NCBI GenBank assembly: GCA_025201805.1
Contig: MU619350.1
Location: 1-64,000, forward strand
Direction of reading: 5' to 3'
DNA length: 64,000 nt
From: Parasitella parasitica NRRL 2501
Lineage: Eukaryota > Fungi > Mucoromycota
Below, one piece after another: positions 24,846 to 37,369 of this stretch (its first letter is position 1; the number at the start of each line of letters is the position of its first letter). The notes beneath the pieces were generated by a model, which saw only the letters and a list, made by a program, of their open reading frames with translations, had not been told where the DNA came from and did no database searches. A program made the position numbers and the translations under genes.

Positions 24846-26142
24846 ATGAATGCAGCTTTACTCGGTTTGGATCCACTTTTCCTGACCAATGTCAAGTTAA
24901 TTATTTATGACTTATTAAAGCTCGAACAAACAAACGAGGGTCTGATAGGTATGTTTTTCCACAAATATTCAGACAACAGCTAAACTCGATATCCACAGAC
25001 GTGTACAAGCTATTCAATCACAAGATAAAACTAGTTGATATATGCGGAATGGTCGTAGCTGTCGAGAGAAACAGCTATACGACTAACTATACGGGTAAAG
25101 AGTGGCATATGTGTTTATTGCTGCGCTGCGCGGTACATACTCATTTTCTCGATAGTGGACGACAGCACAGGAACAATTACATGCAGCTTTTGGAACGCAC
25201 CAGAAAGATATGATTACAAGCCGTTCGAGATTGGCACCGTTGTGCATATCACTGGAAAGATTTCAACCTTTAGAGACGAAAGACAGATTGTCATTTACGA
25301 TATATGTAATCTCTTTTAAAAAAAAAAAAAAAAAAACTGTCAACTGCTTCTTTATTAACACGAATTTGCAAACACACAGACCCAACACTTGATCCAAATC
25401 AAGAATTACAACACTTTATACAAGCTATTTTACTGAAAAAACAGTACAGAAAAGAATATCAGCTCCCTGAAATTATGAAGCAACATGTTGAAGAGCTAGC
25501 AGAGCAGATACAGATTGACGAAAAAGACCAATTAGTTTATAGCTCGCAAACCAACAAAGTAGATAGAGCGACATTTGAAAAGGAAATGTTACAATTTTTG
25601 AAAAGCTATCCATTTCCAATCTTTTCAAAAGATACACCGAGAGACGACCCGAAACTAGTGAAACTGGCAGAAAAAGTGTTGACCAAACAAGTAGGCAACG
25701 TCGAAGCACTTGGCGTGTTTATACTGACTTATCATAGTTCGATGCTCCACCTAAAAATTCGGAAATCACTTATTTGTTCACAAAAACGATCGAGAAATGG
25801 CTAAAAGATGGGTACATAGTAGAGTGCGGCCGTGATGGGACATACAAGATCGTCGACGAAGACTATTTGTCCAAGCTTATATTGAGGTCTATAAAGGACA
25901 TGTCAAAACGATTCTCTGACAAGTTTAGTAAGTTTCTTGCTTTAAATATGCTGATTTAGCAGTGATTAATCTACCTAACAGATGGCATCCGCATGGAATA
26001 CATTATCAAGTCGATAGATTCGGATAGAGAATATGCCAGCTTGGTCAAGAATAATAAGATTATTTTCAAGATTGTTGATAAACTCGTTGAGCAGAGCTTA
26101 ATATACCCAACTGGCCACCTTGAGTACAAAGTATTCATGTAG
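24846..26142 (+). CDS. STN1: CST complex subunit Stn1 (OB fold plus winged-helix-like C-terminus), 6 exons
   Basis: Spliced product LGLDPLF..VKLIIYDL..NHKIKLVDICGMVVAV..YTVDDSTGTITCSFW..IGTVVHITGKISTFRDERQI..DPNQEL. Exons 24846-24948, 24999-25094, 25156-25305, 25380-25690, 25738-25927, 25982-26142. Confidence 0.8.
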
Positions 26143-26275
26143 CACAACCATCAAATGATTAAAAAACTATATAGCTATACTAGTTTTCTTGTGCATTTTT
26201 CTCCCCCTTTTCATTTTCATCATTGATAATTTATACGTTACAAAATTCATAGTACATAGAGCAATAAGATACACA

Positions 26276-27035
26276 ATGAGAATGCTCAGGGCAATTTCTT
26301 GGATAGCATATGCGGGACTACTTTATTTAATCGAAGGTACTTTGAACATTGTGTAGAGGATACGGAAAGTTAAATATCACATAGCACAAAGAGATGCTGC
26401 TGCAACTACAGCAACGGCGACAGGCATGACTGACATATACGCAGAAGAGAAAGACAGAATTAATGCAATTAATATTTGTCTATTCTTAGATTTGGTTGTT
26501 TCTGGATCAACTATGTCCACAATGATCCCGAAAGCATCGTCCGTTGATTTGACCAGCGATTTTATTTCGGGATTGCCAACAATGACTGCAGCAGCCACTG
26601 CAGTACAGCCATCCCAGATTATGTATACCATTACCGCATGTAGTACCTGTTCTTCCAGTAGCAGCAGTAGCAGTGGTGCTGCAGCTGTTGGTATGTTGCT
26701 ATTGCGTGTCGATTGTAAAGTAACACATGTTTAATTAATAACCTGTATTATATTTAGCTTCTGTTGCAAACGACACTAATAATAAAGCTCAGTTGAGCTC
26801 TAGTGATTTAGGGGCAATCATTGGCGGGTGTGCTGGTGGTCTTGTAGCTTTTGTTGTCGTTACTGCTGTGCTGATTTGTGCCAGAAAAAAACAAATTAGA
26901 AATTTTCACGCTGGACGTAATTTCCGCATTATTACCGCTGCTGGTGCTACTGTTACTGGTACGACTGAAATGCCTAGCGTTGCCAACCACGATGCCAAAC
27001 AAACATATCCCTCGGCTAAAGGTAGTTTCTCTTAA
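26276..27035 (+). CDS. Putative single-pass Ser/Thr-rich cell-surface protein (Mid2/Wsc-like topology); exon structure and 3' end uncertain
   Basis: Signal-like N-terminus MRMLRAISWIAYAGLLYLIE; S/T/A-rich exon; TM LGAIIGGCAGGLVAFVVVTAVLIC followed by ARKK. Confidence 0.55.
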
Positions 27036-27799
27036 TATGATAGCAACCGGCAACGCTCTGACTCAAGCTATTTTAGTGCCAAACAACTCATTATCTAGCC
27101 ACAGTTTTCACATTGATACTAACGACTCGACTATTAAACGTTATAACCTCTCAGTGGTGACAGATAATACAACACATGTCGGCCCCACAACCCCGCCTGT
27201 CATACTCTATCCAAGTTCCCCTCAATCGACAACAAAAAATAAGATATGGATACGGGTATTAAGAATTGCACAACCTTGATAGTGACATAATGTCTGTCTT
27301 TGATTCGATAAAAGTTATGTATGCAAAAGTATTAGGTGAAAGAGAATGGACTTTTTTCGTTTTGATCGCACAGTCTGGCTTCTTGAACTCAACTGACGCG
27401 CATACTCCATATCATACAATGATGGAACAGAGCAATAGGAATTTCCCAACCTTCTGATTTTTTATTATATGATGTGTCTTGGGTATATATTTATAGAACC
27501 ATGGAATTAGCCATGTCGGATGTGTCAATTGATACCATTAGTGACATGGTAATGCACAAAATGAACTGTCTACTTCTTAATGTAACAAACCGTCTTTTGA
27601 TGCTACAGAATTTTATTCTTAATTGGTACGGTTGGTTTTTACACATCTTCTCTGGGATCAATCTGGTAGCGTTGGTAAGCTTGCAGAGCGTACTGAACGG
27701 CGCGTTTCATAGAGATATACAGATTCTGGTTCTGAAACTAAATCTGATCGACAACGTCTGCAATAACCTTGATAGCAGATGAGTTTCTTTGAAACATCT

Positions 27800-29195
27800 T
27801 TTGCATATATTACTAATCTTCTTTTTCGCTCGGCCCATGTCCTCTGTTGAGCAACAACTCGCTCTATGCAGCAACCGCACCAACAGCAACAATAGCAGCA
27901 GTAGCAACTTTCGTCCAAACGCTGGCAACAGCAAGAGGAATACCAATCCTTTTCGCCAATAAATGCAATATCAATAATAACATTTACACCAGCTACAACA
28001 ACAACCTCAACCGACCCTGTACGAAGTCGGCTCAGCAAAATTCATCAACATAGGACAACAATTTCAACAACACTATTCAACACGGTTACAAAATCCTTTT
28101 CCACTCACCGCCACCAACGACCACAACATCAACCTCAATTACACCCTTCTCAGCCGAACAAGCTATCCAAGATCTGTTAGCAAAAGCTACTACCGAGGAG
28201 GTTTCTCCGTAACAAGTTCTGACCGAGCCAGGTTTTCTACAGCCTCAATCAAGGCTTAGAAGCCTCGCATTTCAAAATGGAAATTATCAGGGCTGTTTTG
28301 TGGCAACACAAATTTATCATTAATACTTGATACTACCAAGTACTGACATACATTTATATACTGCAATTATCACAGTTTCCACCCTTCTCTTTCTCTCTTA
28401 TATATAACCACTTTGTTTATAACCAAGATTGACTACAATAGACTTTGCTAATAACTAATCAAACATACTTTTCTGTTCATATATTAATATCAATAAACAG
28501 TTGGTTTTTATTTTATAACAGCTTAAATCACATTTGACTTGAATAAAGTCCCACAAATTAGGGGAATCTCTTTTGATCAATCCGAAGGACTACTTGGTTT
28601 CAATAGATCTGTCCGATGCCTTCTTTCATATTGGTCACCATCAATATTTGAGGAGATATTTACGGCTAAATTGGAAAGACCCGGTTTACCAGTATTGTAC
28701 GATCTCCTTTGGTTTGTCTACCAGTCCATTCGTCTTCATAAAAGTATGCAAGCTCATTGTAGATCACTTACGTTCTCAAGGCGCAAGGATCTCAGCATGC
28801 TTGGACGACTGGCTGTAAATAGCCGACAGCAAGGCTCTGGCCTAACCAACGAGCTCGTGTGATAGTGGATCTTCCTCAACAGCTAGGATGGTTAGTCAAT
28901 TACAAGAAATCTGTCTTGACCCCGACACAGCAGCTGGAACATCTTGGATTTATCTTGAATACCACAAACATGACAGGGGCCATTCCATGGATAAATCAAA
29001 CAAGTCTTGGACAAGCCGACCAGACAAACACCCCGTGTAATTCACAACTTAATCATGCGAATACAAGCGTGCCGAACAAGATTCTTCAAGAGAAGCTCCC
29101 ATTGGTGATTCTGGTGGTACCTTACTGGCCGGGTGCGCTCTAGTTCCCTCTGATTCAGCGTCTGGCTCTTTCCTCCCCGCTGATGCTTTCCTCCC
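27800..29195 (+). mobile_element. Degenerate, internally deleted DIRS retrotransposon (gag tail, RT, MT tail)
   Basis: TIQHGYKILFHSPP, HFKME, DYLVSIDLSDAFFHI, FGLSTSPFVF, ACLDDWL, LGWLVNYKKSVLTPTQQLEHLGF, then VVPYWPGAL*FPLIQRLALSSPLML, which is homologous to 1020-1110. Confidence 0.88.
28299..28555 (+). mobile_element. LTR-like AT-rich insertion interrupting the DIRS RT
   Basis: TGTGG...CCACA inverted termini, TATATAA and AATAAA; splits HFKMEIIR from INPKDYL. No clean TSD. Confidence 0.55.
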
Positions 29196-30398
29196 TCTGG
29201 CGGTTCAAACGACATCCCGACGGTCTCAAGAAATTCATTCGAGAAATTTCTTTCGGCCTAGAAGTGCACAATGTTGATAAATTGTGTACTGCTGATAAAC
29301 CCAAACATTTGGGAATCAACATTACGGAGGACCTGGCCAAATACGAGCAACACTGTAGTCACCATCCGATGACAACAATTGGATAAGCAAGACAATCTAA
29401 AGGCAAAGAACGTATTAACACTAGATGCAAACTTCTGAGCGAACTGGCCCATCGTCTGCGCGTGAGAAGCCTATGCACCAAAGTGTACGTATCATCATAT
29501 TGCGACGCGAATCAACCGCCGGAATCTCGTGACAGCAAAGGGGACTATAATCATCACTCGACATTGATCAAGGACTGTGATGGGGATATGACAAGTTACT
29601 GTATTTTAACGACAATTCCGCCGATTAACTATACTGTACTACTGTATCACTCTAGATCACCTTGTTGAATACGTGAAAAAAAATTATGATTTAAATAATA
29701 AATCAGACATCTTTTTCTTTACACTTTACGGTATACCACATATAATTTTTCAAATAAAAGTTACAGTGCTAGATTAGCCATGTCAACAAGTAAAAACTCA
29801 AACAGAAATCAAAATGTCACAGATCAAAGACATCCCCACTCAAAGCGAGGGCTTTACGGAAAAACAACTCTTGAAAAGCGTAGGAAAATTATTGATCAAG
29901 TGATGCAAGAAGGCTATTCACCAGCAGAGACTGCAAAGGAGAATCGTGTTGCAGTTTCGACGGTAAATACAATGGTAGATGCCTTTATCAAAGGAGGGCG
30001 CTATGAAGCCAAAAAAAAGAAAAAGAGGAGGATGTACTGTACATGAATGACGTTTTTATTCAATGCATTTGAGACTTACTCTTTTTTTTTTTTTAGCTTT
30101 ACAATTGCTAAAAACAAAGTTTAAGCTTATCCGTTTGGCAGTCGTCGATTTTGCCGGGTTAAGCACAGAGCCAAATGACATTCGTGTATACACCAGGTAA
30201 AGTGGACGTATTATGAGGCTATTCGTGGATAAATTAACTTATTTGATACTGAAAAAATAGGAAATTTACACAAATTGAAGAGATTGTGGTTGATCGCTGA
30301 TTGACTTTCGAAACAGTTGATCCTTTCTTCATTGTCAGCAGGTCATATCGCGAAAATATGTCGACTGTCGTACTGGTTGTGTCAAATGTTCGGCATGA
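29195..30398 (+). pseudogene. Spliced serine-recombinase (resolvase)-like pseudogene
   Basis: TTIG*ARQSKGKE (IGYARxS motif with Tyr codon changed to TAA at 29384-29386)..RSLCTKVYVS..RD..DCDGD | LIRLAVVDFAGLSTEPNDIR | IEEIVVD..DCRTGCVKCS*. Phase-compatible GT-AG introns 29595-30096 and 30197-30260. Confidence 0.65.
29780..30046 (+). mobile_element. Truncated Tc1/IS630-like transposase N-terminal HTH, inside intron 1 of the recombinase-like gene
   Basis: RGLYGKTTLEKRRKIIDQVMQEGYSPAETAKENRVAVSTVNTMV..GRYEAKK has an HTH pattern; no DDE domain. Confidence 0.6.
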
Positions 30399-30604
30399 TT
30401 CCTCAGCCTTAGTCCTTTCCTTTACATTTGCTATGTTCAATCGTTTACCAAATAAAAAAACAGAGACATTGATGATTTGAAGCATTAACGGCTTTCAATA
30501 ATTACTTGAAAAATGTATGGTAAGGAGGTTTAAAATATGGGCTTTGCAAGAGGCAGGTAGAAAGGCAGGACTTTTCTCTTTATCTTCAGCTTTCAACACC
30601 TGTC

Positions 30605-32422
30605 ATGTCTTCAACAAGTAAAAAGCGAGAATCACCACAAGGATTTGATAGTCAAAGGGAGACGAGCATAAAATGCCAGCGCCAACCGCCTTCTGATGCA
30701 TCATGGTGGGATATCTTGCCACCCTGAATCTTGAATCTTTTGCTCTGCTCTTTGGCTTGACAGACAAAGTCAAGACATTGACAAGATACCGAAATATAAT
30801 GGACAAATGGATCAACGATGACGTTGTTAGGAAGAATTTACTTGATGATTTGGACAGATGGTCGGCCACCGTCAACTTGGTCGCTTTTCGGCAAGAGCAA
30901 GCTGGAACAGCAGGTAGCCTATGGTGAGAATATTCAGGATAATGTTGATCAAGAAAATGATGGTTGTCAGTTTTTGCCTATTAACTGAAAGTTGAATCTC
31001 ATCTCAATTCCAATATTGACACTGACATTCATATGGAATTGTAAAAGACTTCTAGAAACCAGAACCAGAGCAATCCTGGCTTCCTTTTCAATCTTTAATA
31101 AAGACCCTACGTTCTCCGTGATATAATCGCATGTAGTATCTTTACTTAATTGTCTTTGAAAATAATCGTTATTCATATAATTCTCAATGGTGAAGCGTTG
31201 GAATCAAGCAGCAGCGCAACAATGACTCCTTTCATTGACAACAATACCTTATCTCCAACCCTTAACCGTACTATGGACAATCAAATGCCAACTACGCCTT
31301 GGATCATTAGAAACACTGACTTGTTTCAACAATACCGTCGACATGTCGATGCTATTGACCTTGAAACATCGTTGAAAGAATTGCTCGCTGTTGCCGACAT
31401 CCTTTTTCTTGCACCGATGGGTCACAACCCCGCCCTGATGAAGATATTTGGTCAACATACCTTAAATGATGTGTGCAATCAAGTGCTGAGCGAATCGATG
31501 CCTGCGAACACTGCCAAGAGTAGTGATAGCCATTTTATCAAGGTGACTGATATAATCAACGCTGAAATAGCAAGGCGATAAGTGTGCGCGAGGGGCAAGC
31601 GTGATCTGTTGACCTTGGTTGCAACAATGAGCAATACGATTGGCAATGTCATTGAAGACTTAGCAAACCTGTAGGCCAATTCTTTTTCTTCGATGAATTA
31701 GTTTTTTTTGCTAAATCATATTCCCTTCTATTAATTTAGGTCAACAAAATTGCCACGCCTGCCTATCTTAGATATGTCCAAAATTGGTGAAGTGGAGCTG
31801 CAATCCACCTATTCTGACGTGTTCTTGACTGAGATTATTGCCGACCAAGACCAACTGGTGGCCCTACGGTGGGCAAACAAATCTGTACACCAAGATCTTA
31901 CTGACATGCGGCCAGACGCCATTATTTCAACGCTCGTGCAGCATGAATTTAGGTATCCTCTTGGATTCGGTGAAGCCAAGGTTGGCAACGTATCCACCAC
32001 AAAACAATCAGTCAATTTGGACATTTTCCGACTTGGTATCACTTGCAAGCGTGCCATCGAAAGGCATGATCTACCGGCTTGTTTAGCCTTTATGATAAAT
32101 GGATATTCCATCTCCTTTTTTTATTGTATCCAAACGCCACGATTGTCTTTACACCATGATGAGGATTGTCTCGCTAGGCTTCGCTTCTTCATTATCTAAT
32201 TTGCACACTTTTGCAACACGCAAAAAATTGGATCTCCTTGCTGCGGTAAGCTCTTATTATTGGTCCCTTCAAGAAGGACTCGATGAGCCTATCCCAATAT
32301 CAAATTATATGTCACTCATGGCAAAGGAATCCTTGGTCTATCGTCTCGATATTGATTTTTATTCTCTCAGTATCCTTTCTGGCATTGTTGAAACACTTAT
32401 TATACCCCGTCTCTGTTTATGA
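30605..32422 (+). pseudogene. PD-(D/E)XK nuclease-like (REase fold) pseudogene, frameshifted and split by a solo LTR
   Basis: MRPDAII..LGFGEAK..DIFRLG..LAFMING motif order. Removing the LTR and one TSD restores the frame NVDQENDG|EALESS. Intron at ~31672-31739. Confidence 0.6.
30965..31186 (+). mobile_element. Solo LTR family A, TSD ATGGT
   Basis: Reverse complement of 699-921; ATGGT at 30960-30964 and 31187-31191. Confidence 0.92.
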
Positions 32423-33382
32423 CTCCCAATTGCTGTATACCTTAGGTTTGATTAAAAAAATAAAAAATCCATGTAAATAACATAAATATATAGTATCTTG
32501 CAGAGCGTTTGGCAGGATTAAAGAAAAGTGACATAAAATTGGATTCCACCATCAACAAGTGAATTCTAAGTTGATAGTGGCAATCCAGTTTCATGGTGTA
32601 ACAATTTACATGAATGGGTTGTTCAGCTCTCATTTACAACATGAATTTTGTTCATGCCATCTGATGAAATCATTTCCATCAGGGAGAATTTGTTTGTTGT
32701 ACAACATGAATTCTGTCCTTCTTATCCGTCTCTTAATACTTGATACATAATCCAGTTAGTAAAATCTACATACATTTACTTAAAATATATTTCATACACG
32801 AGCTCAAGTTATTGTGAAAAGTGAAAGGATTATATTATTTGCATTAAGGGATCCTTTTTGTTGTTGCATTTCAACTTACAAAACCATTCAAAGTTTGTAA
32901 GGGTAGGTTAGAGCAAACGCTTTATTCACATAGGTGATGGTAGGTAATTTAAAACATCGAAGTATTGATGAGCACAAATTTTTACATGAAAAGTGTGGTG
33001 AGTACATGTTTTTAATCTAGAAGATATTTGCGCTAGCACTTGTCTGTTGTATCAGTCGTAAACAATTCAAGTTTAACCAACGTGTTTTTCTCTAAAACAT
33101 ATACAAAGTCCAAAGGTTAATTTTCTCGTCGAGTAGACGCAATGCCGTCTTCTCCGAGATAAGCCCAAAAACTATAAATAACAGGATTCAGCTCTGCAAA
33201 AAGCAAGTGCTTATGTTTGTAAAGTATGATAAATCTGGGAGTCCATTTAATACAGCCTATTTTTAAAGGAAAAGAAGTTTCATCGTCAAGCCTATTCGCC
33301 GCGACCAACGTATTCCAATTGACGGTGGAAATAAAGTATTTCCATTTACTACTTTTTTTTTTTTTTTNNNNNNNNNNNNNNN

Positions 33383-33755
33383 GGTTAAAGGACGTTTCAC
33401 AGATGCATTTGTGCTATGGAGCCCTACCCAATTGCGGCGAAGGCTCCTGAATTGTCTAGGTGTTCTATATTAAATGCTGGGTTGCAGGCATGATGCCTGC
33501 TGTTGATTAGCGCATCAGGATCAGTCATTTTTTAAGGTTTTGTTGGCAAAATGGTCATCCAAGACAATTTATCAGCAAGTTGGACTACGTTGAGACCATT
33601 TTACGCACTGGAGATTGTCAGAGAAGCATTTCAACCTGCAATTGTCGATCAATGCCAAGTATGGTAGTTCTAGGCCACCATTGCTGAGAGGGACGGGTTA
33701 GGTCACAGCAAGATTTCCCGCCATGTATCAAGTGTTTTGACATGTTTTTTTTTTT
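33383..33755. ncRNA. Candidate structured non-coding RNA (family and strand unresolved)
   Basis: At least six local stems plus two long-range complementary pairs in a GC-elevated intergenic island, ending in a hairpin and a T-run. Confidence 0.3.
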
Positions 33756-34194
33756 AATCAAGTGAGTCAGCATATAAATAATCATGCAAATCTCAACGAT
33801 TTCAATAGAGGCTATTAGTCATAGATGCAGCTGCTGTTTCAAAAGATGCACGTATGCTATAGTAATAACATCATCAACAATTAGCACACTACATCATATT
33901 TAGACAGCCCTGCCACCGAAATATTTCCTTTTCCAATAAACATGCACCAATTACTGCAAATGTAACACAATTCTGGATTGATCTTTTTTTTTGTATTGGT
34001 CCACGCTTTTATTATCGCATTAAATAACCGCGGCTAGGCTACTGTTTATAACTCTGTTGCACAGTGTGGACAAAGCTAATTTAGCAATGAAAAAATTACC
34101 CCACATTTTAAAAAGAAAGTTTATGAGCATAAAGAGAAAAAAGACAAAAATACATGAGACGGTACGAATTACACGAAAATAAATAAAAATACAA

Positions 34195-37100
34195 CTAGAG
34201 AGCATAAAATTGGTCCGTTCTATAAACAACACCGTCGCCACGGACCAGCAACAAGGGTATCTTCTTTTGAAGGCCGTCTTCATCAATGATCAGAGTGGGG
34301 CTACTCAGCAATTCTTGCATGTCAGGAATAGTGCAAATCATAGACTCTTTCGACTTGTACTCGGTGTGGGGCGATTTGATATCGCCAAACCAAAGGTTGA
34401 GGTCGCGTATCAGGTTTTCACCGGACAATGTCAAACAGTCAGACTTCTTGATGTCCTGCACAATGGGAAACGGCGTGATGGGTGCAGATGCCGAGGACAG
34501 CGTAGTTGTAGCTTGCTGGTTGAACGGCATGTTGAAACAGCTTTGATCAGGAGCGTCAGAGGGCGTCCAAAATGTGTAGCTGGCGCAGTCAGTGCCAACG
34601 ATAGTCCACACGGCAGCATCAGACACATCTTCTGTCCAGCAGGCTCCTTCTAAACCTAAAGCATCGACAGAGCTACCGCGACGTTCAGCTAGACTGCCAC
34701 GACGTCCCACCTTGGTTTCGGTGCTGCTAATTGAGCTCATGCGACGACGAGCAACTGCAGCCGTAGTAGTGGCAGGCGCCTTCTTGCATTCTTCAGCATC
34801 AAACAGTTTGCTCTCAACGACATTTTGCATTAAATCGTTCCACACAGCAGTGTTGTTGTTGTTGTTGGTGTTGTTGGTGTTGCTAGGAGCACTGGTCTCT
34901 GCTTTGGGCTGACAGTTGGGAACAAGATGGCGAACGTAGGTGGTTTTGTGCATGCCTACAACATCATTCAAACAGGCTAGGTAGGTCACAGGGTGACATG
35001 ATTGAGGAATCTTGTAGCTGGATTGCTGCTGCTTGGGTGATGATCCTTGCTGCTGTTGCTGCTGGTATCTTGTTTTGTTGTGCTGCGAAAATGTGGGATC
35101 TTGGACGATTTGAAAGGCAATCTTGTGAAGCTGAGACACTGGATCGCCCAACGTCTCGTCACCGCATTCACCGCCTGTTCTTCCAGAAAGATCGTCCATG
35201 CGGTTGCCGCCCAGAACCATGCTTCCTTTATCAACCTTGCGGATGACCATAACAGGGCTTACAAGACCAGTTGTAACACATTGGAGTACGACAGGTTGAT
35301 TGTAGTGGATGGCAACAGGCTGCTGGGTAGACGAGGGAGTTTGTAATGCAATGGCGGGAGGAGGAGGGAAGTTGGGATTGTTGGGATGATGCACGTGAGG
35401 ACGCATGGTATTGGCGTCAGGTGAGCGAGTTGTGTCTACAATCCAAATGACAAAGGGGTCCCAAGATCCAGTGCGAGCAACAAAGCATGTACCGCCGTTT
35501 TTGCCACTGTTTTTGCTGCTAGCGTTGTTGCTGCCAGAGGCTGCTTGACCGTTTGATACACCCAAATACTTTGTTGAGACAGTTTGAGACCGGATGCGAT
35601 TGAACAGAGAAATGGTTGTGCCGTGATGAATACATACTATGTCATAGTCATACTGTGTCAATCAATTTGCTCCATTTTGAGGAGAACGAAATCGCAACTT
35701 ACATTCCATGTTCTTGATGCTCTGTCTTTTTTTGCTTGGCTTGCTGATGACTTTGATACCCTTGCTGGGAAATGTGCCCAATTGCAATCCATTGCCCAGT
35801 TGGATCTTGGCCAATACCTCGACCCGTTTTCTCTTCTCGTCGGCGTCATTGATGTACAGCTGTTTGGACACACATCTTCCAGAGACGGCCGTGTTGGCAC
35901 CAGCAGCACTGTCAACGATAGTTCCATCGGATGTGGACCATTCCAGGACACCAGTCTGGTTGATGGTTTCTCCAGAGATATGGATCGTTAGTTTAGGACA
36001 AGTTAGAGTTTGCGAAGGCGACTGAAAGAAGCTGGATTTCTTTGCTTCAGCTTTGTCTGAAGCATTGCTGCTGTTAGTCCACCAATTTGCACCCTTCAAG
36101 ATGGTAGTGGGAGGGGGGCACAAAAATCTAAGATTGTCGTCATTCATCAGTTCAGACTGCTTAGTGCGTATTACAGTGCTGATTAGCTTACCTTTTCTCA
36201 GTTCCGTAGCTCTTTTGTGCTACTCTGCTTGTTAACACCATGACCGTTCTTTCACCCGTAACAGGCAATGATCTCTCTTGATGATCACGTCGAATCAGAT
36301 AATCCTGAATTAGTGGTTTCAACGAAGAAGCAGTAGTCTCGCCTTGAATGACACGAGCAGTAATCAAGCCGCTCTTGCTATGATTGGTTGTCTTTGCGAT
36401 ATCCCAGTCTTCCTGCTGTTGCTGTTGCTGCTGTTGCTGCTGTTGACCAAATAATATAGGTTCAAATCCCAAAGAAGCCGGCTGCATTGGAGTGATAGGA
36501 GGAGAAGGTGACATGGAAGAGAGAGAAGACGAACCCATGGTATTTGAAGGGGAAACAGGGGACAATGAATTGGCACTACGCCTCTGTCGCTTTTGCGCTT
36601 GTGTGTGCATTTCCTTGACCTCTTGCTGCTCCAGTAACCAATCGGCCATTGTGTTGATTTCGTTAGTGATAGCCGATGGAGGGATTGAGTTGTTTAAATC
36701 ATGGTGATTTAGCCTGAACAGATCATTTCCTGTAGTGATGGAGGAGGCGGCGCTGTTGGAGTCGATGAATGACATGTCAGAGATGATGGTAGACGCATCG
36801 TTGAGGTTGTTGCTGGGGGACGACGAAGAACACGTCGATGCGTTCTCTGCAACGAGTGCGTCCAGGAAGCTGGTGGAAAAGAAGTTGGATGAAGTTGTGG
36901 ATAGAGTCGGTGATAAAAGGGATGCATAATGGGGGTCGTCTTCTCGCAGGGACAGTGTGCGTCTGTGGACGGGCCTTTCCTCGGGAGGATTCATATGGGC
37001 AGTCGAGTTCAGCAGCATCTGAATGTCGTCCCAGGGCGAGTGCTCGTTTGCTGTCATGATGTTGAGGTCCTTTTGCAAATCAAACGAGTGGTAGTCCATC

Positions 37101-37369
37101 TCGCCAATGGCAACTGAATGGCGGCGGGAATTGCTGCCAGACAACGGAGTGGTGTGCTGGTCAAAGAACGAGTCAAAGTTGAAATGGTGCGGCTGGTCGT
37201 CTACGTGCAATGCATTTGCTGCTGTGGAGGGCGAGGAGGGCGACGAGTATATAAAGTCAGACCAGGAGGAAGAGGTTGTCGGCATGGATGAGCTGAGCAA
37301 TCTGTCGTCTGCTGGCTGCTTTCTCTTTCTGGAGATGTCTTCTTGAGTGTTTGTGGAAGTTGTGAACAT
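34195..37369 (-). CDS. CSL: Fungal CSL-family (CBF1/Su(H)/LAG-1) transcription factor, 3 exons
   Basis: VAQKSYGTEKR|FLCPPP, KQLYINDAD, IKVISKPSKKRQS, LCIHHGTTISLFNRIRSQTVSTKYL, DPVSQLHKIAF, WTIVGTD, IPT-like GENL..WFGD..LLLVRGDGVVY. Exons 37369-36192, 36127-35703, 35636-34195. Confidence 0.95.

Noticed and set aside
33470-33720. Group I intron
   Set aside because: P/Q/R/S-like words exist, but Q-R spacing leaves no room for P6 and there is no host exon.
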